Below are positions 1 to 7,031 of a stretch of 38,565 bases of DNA, piece by piece; within the stretch, counting starts at the first letter, position 1; every line of letters begins with the position of its first letter. Position numbers and translations under genes: made by a program. Source of the DNA: Tepidiformaceae bacterium (lineage in GTDB: Bacteria; Chloroflexota; Dehalococcoidia; Tepidiformales; Tepidiformaceae); NCBI GenBank assembly GCA_051306275.1, contig JBPPMX010000281.1:1-38565 (forward strand), written 5' to 3'. The notes beneath the pieces are model-generated. The model did no database searches. It saw only the letters and a list, made by a program, of their open reading frames with translations, and was not told the origin of the DNA.

Positions 1-215
1 GTAGAGTCCACGCCACAGTTCACGAACCTCAGCACGCTGATTTTCGAGGCGATGGAAGGACCGACGGAGGTCACGGGCGGGATGCCGAAGGCAGTAGCGG
101 CGAGGTAGAACGGGGGGCGCCGTGTCACAGCTCGACGAGCAGTGGCGGAAAGCGGGCGGCGGATGAAGCAGCAGCGGCAGCGGTCGATCGCCTGGCAACG
201 GGATACCTGGCCGGG

Positions 216-1448
216 GTGGCCGAACCCGAGGTCCGCGAGGCGATCGAGGCGGTTTCGGTCATCCGGCGAGGGACGCGGACTCTGTTCTCCGCGATGCTCC
301 CGAGCGGATCGCCGGACGTGTTCAACCGGCTGCGGCTACTGCCATTCGTCGAAGCAGCGAGCGACGGGGTGTTCCTCCATGCGGCGGTGCGGGACGCGGT
401 GGCGACCAGCCTTGAGGCGTCGGACCCGGCGCGGTACCGGGCGTACCGGATCGCAGCCTGGCGCCAGCTTCGGGATGAAGTGCGGGACGTGTCGCCGGCG
501 CTCCTGTGGCGGTACACGGCTGACATCCTCTATCTGCTCCAGAACCCGGTGGTACGGGAGGGCTTCTTTCCCTCGGGCTACCAGCCCCTCGGGGTGGAAC
601 AGGCGCGAGCAGAGGATGGGGACGCGATCTGCGAGATCGCGTATGGGCAAGAGCCGCCCGAGTCCGCGAAGCTGCTGGAAGCGTGGTGGGCAGCCCGGCC
701 CGGCGTCTTCTCGGTTTGCCGCGACTACGACGGGTCGGTCAGCGGGTTCCTTATCGTTGGGAGAGGGTGGGACCTCCCGCGGGAGGTCCTCGCGCTGGAC
801 CCGATCGCAGCAGCGTGGGCGGAGGACATCAGGCGGACTGCCGCGGCAAAAGGGACGCTGCTGCTGCGACGGCTGCTCGACCGTCACGACGGGGAAGGCA
901 ACTCGCGAAGTCGCGGGCCACTGGGCGTCGATGTGAAGCGCACGTACATGGAGCTGCGACCGCAGCTGCGCTACATCTACCTCTGCGGCATCGAGTGGGA
1001 GAACCTGAACTGGTGCGACCAGCTGGGGTTCCGCGAAATGCCGGGGACGGAGTGCGAGGTTGGGGGGAAGACCTACCGTTCGTACCGGCTTGATATGGGC
1101 CCGGGATCGGTCGATGCGTGGCTGGCGCGGCTCGTTGCGGCCGAACTGGGAATAGCGGACGAGGCGACCCAGGGGCGAAGCCTGCTCGACACCGACGCGC
1201 ACGAGATCGTGTTGCCGAAGGGGCGCGTGGCGCTCACGCCTTTGGAGTTCGGCGTAATGCGGGAGCTTGAGTTGAAGGCAGGCAGGCCGGTTTCGCGGGC
1301 CGACCTCGTCGAGCGAGTGTGGGGGTACGAGTCTTCCGCGACGAGCAATGTCGTCGACACGGTGATCCTCGCGCTACGGCGGAAGCTCGGCGACCGGGCG
1401 AACATGATCGAGACCGTGCGGAGTGTCGGGTATCGTTACCGGCCATGA
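216..1448 (+). CDS. Transcriptional regulator with a C-terminal OmpR/PhoB-type winged-helix DNA-binding domain and no receiver domain. The N-terminal part resembles the post-NTPase helical region of STAND/MalT-like regulators, followed by a GNAT-like middle region. Probably 5'-incomplete or frame-broken upstream.
   Basis: 410-aa ORF. The C-terminus (LTPLEFGVMRELELKAGRPVSRADLVERVWGY...VDTVILALRRKLGD...IETVRSVGYRY) is a classic trans_reg_C domain. The first in-frame start is GTG 216, but protein-like coding continues upstream in the same frame (AVDRLATGYLAGV). Confidence 0.65.
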   Translation: MAEPEVREAIEAVSVIRRGTRTLFSAMLPSGSPDVFNRLRLLPFVEAASDGVFLHAAVRDAVATSLEASDPARYRAYRIAAWRQLRDEVRDVSPALLWRYTADILYLLQNPVVREGFFPSGYQPLGVEQARAEDGDAICEIAYGQEPPESAKLLEAWWAARPGVFSVCRDYDGSVSGFLIVGRGWDLPREVLALDPIAAAWAEDIRRTAAAKGTLLLRRLLDRHDGEGNSRSRGPLGVDVKRTYMELRPQLRYIYLCGIEWENLNWCDQLGFREMPGTECEVGGKTYRSYRLDMGPGSVDAWLARLVAAELGIADEATQGRSLLDTDAHEIVLPKGRVALTPLEFGVMRELELKAGRPVSRADLVERVWGYESSATSNVVDTVILALRRKLGDRANMIETVRSVGYRYRP

Positions 1449-1946
1449 CGGCGACGAAGGCTGAGGTACTCGCGGCGTTGCGGGCGAACCGGGACGAGGT
1501 GCCTGAGCAAGCTCAGGACGGCCCCACCGGCGGGTGGGCGATACGAGAACGGGTGGAACGGCAGGGAGATCCTCGCGCATGTCGCGTCGATCGAGTGGAC
1601 CTACCGGAACCTGGTCGAGATCGCGAGGCAGGCGCGGGATGCGGACCCGGCGCTCGTGCGAGCGGACGGGAGCGGGCTTCCAACGCGGGAGATGCGCGGC
1701 GGGAACGACGCCTACAACGCGCGCCAGGTCGAGAAACGCGCCCGGGCGACCGTGCCGGAGCTGATCGACGAGTGGGAGCGGAACCGCGAGATGACGCTGG
1801 CGGCGGTGGAGGATGCGGACGAGGCACTGTTCGCGGTCGAGATACGGTCAGCGGGTGGGGTACCGGGCGCCCTGGGGGACGTGCTGCTGGCGGTCACTAT
1901 CGGCCATGTGAATGGGCATGTAGACGACATCGTGCGCGGGGAGTGA
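1445..1946 (+). pseudogene. DinB/DinB_2-family (metal-dependent four-helix bundle) gene with an apparent frameshift
   Basis: ATG 1445 overlaps the upstream stop (ATGA) and encodes MTATKAEVLAALRANRDEV in frame 2. The conserved DinB core (WNGREILAHVASIEW ... TIGHVNGHVDDI) is in frame 3 from about 1554 to the stop at 1946. Frame 3 has no ATG/GTG/TTG between the stop at 1446 and GTG 1656. Confidence 0.5.
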
Positions 1947-1962
1947 GGCGAGGCGGTAGGCT

Positions 1963-2340
1963 TTGGGAATGATGCGATCACTGGTTTCTGTTGGTGTGGC
2001 TTTCGGATTGTTTGCGGGGAGCTTTGTGCTGCACATCGTGGGTGGGGCGACGGACCAGGGGTGGCTATTCGCGGTGGCAGTGGCACTGATCTACCTGACG
2101 GCTGCGGGCTTCCCTGCGATTGCAGGGCGGATTGCAGGCCGGGCGGACGTTGTGACGTTTGGGCTGGGCGTGGTGGCCGGCGTGGCGCTGACGTCCGGAG
2201 CGTTATGGGCAGCGAACGACCGCTCGTGGGCGCTGTGGACGGTGCCCCTCTCAGTGGTACTCACGCTTGTCACGAGCGCAATCTTGTGGAGGCTACGGCT
2301 GCCCGGGCGGGGGGCGGTTAGCTCGCGAGGAGCTGCCTGA
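1963..2340 (+). CDS. Hypothetical integral membrane protein (about 4 TM helices)
   Basis: 125-aa ORF made of hydrophobic helices (VSVGVAFGLFAGSFVLHIV, LFAVAVALIYLTAAGF, VTFGLGVVAGVALTSGALW, LWTVPLSVVLTLVTSAILW). The likely start is ATG 1969/1972. The 3' end overlaps the convergent DnaA-like gene by 23 nt. Confidence 0.5.
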   Translation: MGMMRSLVSVGVAFGLFAGSFVLHIVGGATDQGWLFAVAVALIYLTAAGFPAIAGRIAGRADVVTFGLGVVAGVALTSGALWAANDRSWALWTVPLSVVLTLVTSAILWRLRLPGRGAVSSRGAA

Positions 2341-3685
2341 GAGCTGGGTCGGCTTCGACGATGGTCCGTCCGCGCTTCGTGAGGCCTGAGATCGTGCTTC
2401 CATCGCGGTTGCCAAGTGCCCGTCCGATGGCGGCGGCGCCGTGGCCGTGGTCGCGAAGGACCGCGACGGCTGCGGCGCGAGCGGTCTCGATCGTCCGGGT
2501 GCGTTCGCGGCCGGCGAGGTCGACGCCCTTCAGTTCGAAGTGAGCGGCGACGCGGTCGAGGAGGGCGGAGAGGGATACCGACTCGCGGGCACCAGCAAGG
2601 GTGCCGTGTCTGACGATCTCGGTGTCGAGGCGGGCCGGGTCGAGGTAGCCGTGGCGGGAGCCCTGTATCGCCCAGTTCACGACGCCAGCGAGGTCGCGAA
2701 CGGAGGAGAACTCTGCCGAAGCGAGGCGCTCGACAGACCACGAGGGAAGGGCAGCGCGATTGAGTGCTGCCTGGCGCTCGATGAACTCGCGGCGCTCCGA
2801 CGCGCAGAGCGGACCAAGCTGTGTGATGAACCCCTGCCGAAGGCGCGACTGCAGGCGGTCCGGGAGGGCGAGGGTGCGGGGGTCGCGTTCGCTCGCGACG
2901 GCGACGACGCCACCGCCGTTCGTGACCGCGTCGAGGGCATGCGAGAACTCGATGGCGGTCTTGGTCTTGCCTTCGAGATCGTGGAGGTCATCGAGGATGA
3001 GCAAGCGGGCGGTACGAACCTGGTCAAGTGTGGCGTCTGGCGCGCGACCAATGGTGTCCATGAAGGCGCGCGTGAAGCGCTCGGCGGTGATGCAGGCGAC
3101 GGGCCAGCCGGATTGGAGGGCGCAGGCGGCGAGAGCATGGAGGAGGTGGGTCTTCCCCATTCCCGGCGGGCCCCAGGCCACGAGGGGAGTCATTGCCGGG
3201 CTTGCGCCATCGACGAGGGCACGGGCGGCAGAGATAGCCGGGAGGTTCCCCGCTGCCGGGATGTAGCGGTCGAAGGTGAACTCGGCGCGGAGGGTGCCGA
3301 CGACGCAGGCGGGGGGCCCTGATGGGCGGACCGGTTGCTCGGAGGGAGCGTCGCCTTCGAGGCCGGGAGAGACGAAGGTTACCGAGAGCGGAGTGCGGAA
3401 GACCTGAGCGACGATCCGCTCGACGGGCGGGAGGAGGCGTTCGTTCAGCCAGTCGCAGCCGAAGGTCGAGCGCGCTTCGACAACAAGCACCCCGGATTCG
3501 AGCCGGAGGGCGCGCGTGCCTTCGAGCCATGTACGCCAGATCTGTTCGTTGAGTTCGAGCTGAAGGACCGCGAGCGCGGAGCGCCAGGCGAACTGAAGGT
3601 CGCGGATGTCCGTCATAGGATGAGAGAGCATGGGACGGACAAACTCCTTCCTTCCACAGTGAAGTGGCACGAATTCAAGGCGCAT
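2318..3685 (-). CDS. dnaA: DnaA-family AAA+ replication-initiator protein with all four domains but a divergent DNA-binding domain IV
   Basis: Domain I-like N-terminus (WRSALAVLQLELNEQIWRTWLEG...VVEARSTFGCDWLNERL). Walker A GPPGMGKTHLL, Walker B LLILDDLHDLEG, box VII DRLQSRLRQG. Domain IV reads IGRALGNRDGSTISGLTKRG instead of the canonical ...GgRDHTTVlHa... signature. The real start is probably ATG 3631 or 3616. Confidence 0.7.
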   Translation of the reverse strand: MRLEFVPLHCGRKEFVRPMLSHPMTDIRDLQFAWRSALAVLQLELNEQIWRTWLEGTRALRLESGVLVVEARSTFGCDWLNERLLPPVERIVAQVFRTPLSVTFVSPGLEGDAPSEQPVRPSGPPACVVGTLRAEFTFDRYIPAAGNLPAISAARALVDGASPAMTPLVAWGPPGMGKTHLLHALAACALQSGWPVACITAERFTRAFMDTIGRAPDATLDQVRTARLLILDDLHDLEGKTKTAIEFSHALDAVTNGGGVVAVASERDPRTLALPDRLQSRLRQGFITQLGPLCASERREFIERQAALNRAALPSWSVERLASAEFSSVRDLAGVVNWAIQGSRHGYLDPARLDTEIVRHGTLAGARESVSLSALLDRVAAHFELKGVDLAGRERTRTIETARAAAVAVLRDHGHGAAAIGRALGNRDGSTISGLTKRGRTIVEADPALRQLLAS

Positions 3686-3885
3686 GGGGAGAAAAGGGTT
3701 ACCGTGTTTCCGGGGTCTGCGGCGGGGTGACTACCGCTAGCTGCTCCGGGTGGCGCGAGAGGTAACGTAGACCTCGATCGGGCGCTGGGGCAACGGGTTT
3801 ATGTGCAGGTTGGGGGAGGATTCACCACGACGGTGGGGTTATGTGGGAACCACGACTGAGGCACCAGGCGAAGCGCCGATAGTAC

Positions 3886-3916
3886 TTACGTTTGCGTTAA
3901 CGTGCTGTGGTAGCAT
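3886..3916 (+). promoter_or_regulatory. Candidate MerR-type promoter TTACGT-N19-TAGCAT, giving an essentially leaderless merR-family transcript
   Basis: -35-like TTACGT (3886-3891), a 19-bp spacer containing the 8-bp palindrome CGTTAACG (3895-3902), and -10-like TAGCAT (3911-3916). ATG is at 3926 with no Shine-Dalgarno. A 19-bp spacer is the hallmark of MerR-controlled promoters. Confidence 0.3.
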
Positions 3917-3925
3917 GCGCCTGTA

Positions 3926-4396
3926 ATGAGTGATTCAGCCCCGGTAGCACAGGTGTTTCTGCAGATAGGCGAGGCCGCCGAGCGGACCGCGTTGACGCAG
4001 CGGACGCTGCGCTTTTACGAGGAGAAGGGCTTACTCAATCCGCCAACGCGGATGGACGGCGGGTTCCGGCTGTACTCGGAAGAGGACATCGAGCGGATCC
4101 AGCGAATCAAGCAGATGAAGGACCTCCTCGGGTTCTCCCTGGCGGATATCAAGGAGATGATCGACGCGGAGGACGTGCGGCTGCAGATCAAGGCCGGGTG
4201 GCGGGAGGATGCGGCGGCTCGGGAGAAGGCGGCCCAGATCGTGCGGGCGCAGGAACTCACGGCGCACCAGCTCGACCTGCTCGACGAGAAGATGAAGAGC
4301 ATGTCGGAGTTCCGCAGAACGCTCGTCGAGCGCCTGGCACGCTACGCCGAGTTGCTGCGCGAGTACGAGGCGGAAGCCACCCCGGCAAGCCGCTAG
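3926..4396 (+). CDS. MerR-family transcriptional regulator (no cysteines, long coiled-coil C-terminus)
   Basis: N-terminal HTH IGEAAERTALTQRTLRFYEEKGLLNPPTRMDGGFRLYSEEDIERIQRIKQMKDLLGFSLADIKEMI is the MerR signature. Confidence 0.85.
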   Translation: MSDSAPVAQVFLQIGEAAERTALTQRTLRFYEEKGLLNPPTRMDGGFRLYSEEDIERIQRIKQMKDLLGFSLADIKEMIDAEDVRLQIKAGWREDAAAREKAAQIVRAQELTAHQLDLLDEKMKSMSEFRRTLVERLARYAELLREYEAEATPASR

Positions 4397-4440
4397 TGGC
4401 GCTTGACCGGCCCGTCCTGCGCACTAGACTTCCGGTTGGT

Positions 4441-4779
4441 ATGCGACGATTTTCAGCGCGACTCACGACTATGACGGTGGCGGCTACAGTAGCCGTCCTC
4501 AGCGCGGCGCCAGCTCTCGCGCAGGACCACGGTGGCGGTAGCTCCGAAGGTTCCGGCGTGGATGTTGTGCCCGGTCTCGTCTGGTCGTCCGCTGCGGTCG
4601 GCGTTAGCGCCGTAGTTCTCGGGGCGCTCTACCTGTTCAAGAAGCAGATCGGCGGGTTTCCGGATCACCCGGAGTGGACAGCGCCGATCGAGATCATGCC
4701 GAGCAGCGGGTTCCCGGACGAGGGAACGTACGGCGACGGCGATGGGCACGACGCCCACGGTCACGGCAGCCACCACTAA
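4441..4779 (+). CDS. Small secreted/membrane-anchored protein with a His/Asp-rich C-terminal tail
   Basis: Signal peptide MRRFSARLTTMTVAATVAVLSAAPALAQD, one TM segment (SAAVGVSAVVLGALYLF), and the tail GDGDGHDAHGHGSHH. It starts at ATG 4441 inside the longer 4198 ORF. Confidence 0.55.
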   Translation: MRRFSARLTTMTVAATVAVLSAAPALAQDHGGGSSEGSGVDVVPGLVWSSAAVGVSAVVLGALYLFKKQIGGFPDHPEWTAPIEIMPSSGFPDEGTYGDGDGHDAHGHGSHH

Positions 4780-4788
4780 CCCCGGCGA

Positions 4789-5076
4789 TCAACGATAGGC
4801 ATCGATCTTCCCGGCGAGTTCCAGGTCGAGACGCGTCACGCCTCCAGCACTGTGCGTGGAGAGGGCGAAGTCGACTGTGTTGTAGACGAGGTGGACATCG
4901 GGATGGTGGTCCATCGCCTCGGCAGCCATAGCGACTTTCGTAAGAAACCCCATGGCAGTGATGTGGTCCTTGAACTTGAAGGACTTGCGGATGGACACCG
5001 ATGGGGCGTCATATTTCCAGCCCTTGAGGGGGGCGAGGCCCTCGGCGATTTTCGCCTCGGTAAGCTTTGCTGGCAT
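4789..5076 (-). CDS. Pterin-4-alpha-carbinolamine dehydratase (PCD/DCoH family)
   Basis: 95 aa: LAPLKGWKY...FKFKDHITAMGFLTKVAMAAEAMDHHPDVHLVYNTVDFALSTHSAGGVT is the PCD signature. A GGAGG RBS lies upstream of ATG 5076. Confidence 0.85.
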   Translation of the reverse strand: MPAKLTEAKIAEGLAPLKGWKYDAPSVSIRKSFKFKDHITAMGFLTKVAMAAEAMDHHPDVHLVYNTVDFALSTHSAGGVTRLDLELAGKIDAYR

Positions 5077-5134
5077 TGTCGGGACCTCCTGCGGATAGGG
5101 ACCTTTCCGGCCCGTATCGAGACCCCGCGATAGT

Positions 5135-6898
5135 ATGCGAGACGGGATGCCACAGCGACGCCCCTTCTCGCAACCCGTTTCCCGGCGATGGTTCCTCGGC
5201 GCGCTGGGCGCTGGCGCAGCCGCGGCAGGGCTTGGCGCTGTGCGTTGCACAGGTGGATCGGGGGCGCCATCTGCCTCCCCTACCCGGAGCGCAAGCGCGA
5301 CGCCAGGGGCTGGCCGAACGGCGACCGCAGGGGCAACCGCGGGAAGCACGAGCAAGCATGGCGGCACGCTTCGTTACACCGGATTCGTCGAGAGCGATGG
5401 GGTGTACGACCCGCATCGAACCTCGGCAGCGTCATTCACGGGAGCGCAGGCGGCGGTGTTCAGCAGGCTGCTGACGTACGAGAACCTGGCCGATGGAGTC
5501 ATCCGGCCGGACCTCGCGTTGCGGCTCCCGGAGCAACCGGATTCGCTGACGTACACCTTCCAGATCAACCCTGCGGCAACGTGGCAGAACCGGGCGCCGC
5601 TGAACGGGCGAGCGGTGACGGCAGACGACGTGAAGGTAAGCATCGAGCGCCAGCGCGACGGCGGACCGTCGTTCCTGCGGACGGCGAACTGGGCGAACGT
5701 CGAGACGATCGACGTCCCTGACGACCGAACGCTGACGGTGCGGGTCAAGAGCCCGCTGGCGGCGATGCCGCATTTCTTCGCCGACGTGAACGCGTTTGTG
5801 GTAGCGCCCGAGCTGGTAGCGGATGGCGCGCTGATCGGGCTTGAACAGCAGATTGGGAGCGGGCCCTTCGAATGGGTGGAGTGGAGTGACCGGGAGTTCG
5901 CGAGCCTCTCGCGAAATCACAGGTGGTGGGGCGGGGAGGAGCGGCCGTTCCTCGATGGCGTGACGCTCGAGGACGTGCGGGATGCGACGGAGCTCGAGGG
6001 ATTGCTGCGGACTCACCGGCTCGACCTCGCCTTCGTCCGGCGGACACTTGCCGACGAACTGAAGGCGGGTATCAGCGGACTGCAGGAGTCGAGCGTGGGG
6101 CTCTCGCGGTTCTGGGGGATGCGCTTCTTCGCCGTCGTCCGGCCATGGGACGACCCGCGCGTACGGACGGCGGTCACCATTGCTCTCGACCGCCGGGCGA
6201 TGCTCGAACAGTTCTTCGAGGGCGAGGGCGAGCTCAACCCGTGGGTGAGCTGGCCGGTGCGGAGGTGGTCGTTGCCGCAGTCGGAGCTGCAAACGCTGCC
6301 GGGATACCGGGTGGGCGCTGCGGGGCGCCAGCAGGACATCAACGACGCGCAGCTCATGCTGGCGGCGTACACGAGCGGCGGGCTGACCATCCCCGAGCTC
6401 GGGCTGGTGGTGCCGGATGACGGCGGCGCGGGGCCCGGATTCGGGGCGTTGATCCGCGATCAGCTCCAGCAGACCCTGGGCTTGAACATCGTGCCGTACC
6501 CGGTTGACCCGGCTCGGCTTGGCCCCGCAATCCTGAACAACGACTTCCCCTGGGTGGCGTGGCCCGACGACGGCAACGTAGACCTCGACGACTGGGTCTA
6601 CCCGTACTTCCACAGCCAGGGCACGAAGAACACGTTCCCCCTGCGGGACGCGGACACGGACTCGCTGATCGAACGGCAGCGGCTAGAGCTGGATGAGGAC
6701 GCCCGACGGGCTATCGGATTCGATATCCAGCGACGGATGCTGCAGCTGAACGTAGGGGTGAATCTTGTGAGCGAGCGGCTCATCGCACTCTCGCGGCCCT
6801 ACGTCCGGGACTTCCCTCTGGATGTCGCCGACGGGTACCAGCAGCGGTTTGCGGACACGTGGATCGACAGGGCGGATTCGTCGTATCGAGCGACCTAG
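5135..6898 (+). CDS. ABC-transporter family-5 (peptide/nickel, DppA/OppA/NikA-like) solute-binding protein with a Tat signal; orphan (no permease or ATPase nearby)
   Basis: Twin-arginine leader SRRWFLGALGAGAAAAGLGAV. The length and sequence pattern fit SBP_bac_5 (LRYTGF..., NPAATWQNRAPLNGRAVTADDVKVSIER). Confidence 0.75.
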   Translation: MRDGMPQRRPFSQPVSRRWFLGALGAGAAAAGLGAVRCTGGSGAPSASPTRSASATPGAGRTATAGATAGSTSKHGGTLRYTGFVESDGVYDPHRTSAASFTGAQAAVFSRLLTYENLADGVIRPDLALRLPEQPDSLTYTFQINPAATWQNRAPLNGRAVTADDVKVSIERQRDGGPSFLRTANWANVETIDVPDDRTLTVRVKSPLAAMPHFFADVNAFVVAPELVADGALIGLEQQIGSGPFEWVEWSDREFASLSRNHRWWGGEERPFLDGVTLEDVRDATELEGLLRTHRLDLAFVRRTLADELKAGISGLQESSVGLSRFWGMRFFAVVRPWDDPRVRTAVTIALDRRAMLEQFFEGEGELNPWVSWPVRRWSLPQSELQTLPGYRVGAAGRQQDINDAQLMLAAYTSGGLTIPELGLVVPDDGGAGPGFGALIRDQLQQTLGLNIVPYPVDPARLGPAILNNDFPWVAWPDDGNVDLDDWVYPYFHSQGTKNTFPLRDADTDSLIERQRLELDEDARRAIGFDIQRRMLQLNVGVNLVSERLIALSRPYVRDFPLDVADGYQQRFADTWIDRADSSYRAT

Positions 6899-6935
6899 GC
6901 GTGCGGGGCACTGCGCGCCCTACACTGGAGGTGAG

Positions 6936-7031
6936 ATGACAAGTGGTACGCGGCTGGTGATCGGGATGGTTGCAGGGGCGACAGCGATCGTTTCGTTCTT
7001 CTGGATCCTCGCAGCGGTGACGGACCGCTGA
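6936..7031 (+). CDS. 31-aa single-TM small protein translationally coupled to pmbA
   Basis: GGAGGTGAG Shine-Dalgarno immediately before ATG 6936. Peptide MTSGTRLVIGMVAGATAIVSFFWILAAVTDR. Its TGA (7029-7031) overlaps ATG 7031 of the next gene. Confidence 0.4.
   Translation: MTSGTRLVIGMVAGATAIVSFFWILAAVTDR

Noticed and set aside
3686-3925. Possible oriC with DnaA boxes upstream of the dnaA-like gene
   Set aside because: I found no TTATCCACA/TGTGGATAA-like 9-mers within two mismatches apart from TTATGTGCA (two mismatches). There is no AT-rich unwinding element and no dnaN. Only the unexplained GGTTATGTG/ACCACGAC repeats are kept, as a finding.
4198-4440. N-terminal extension of the His-rich protein ORF overlapping merR
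   Set aside because: It overlaps the MerR coding region in another frame and is Gly/Arg/Pro-rich. The signal peptide begins at ATG 4441.
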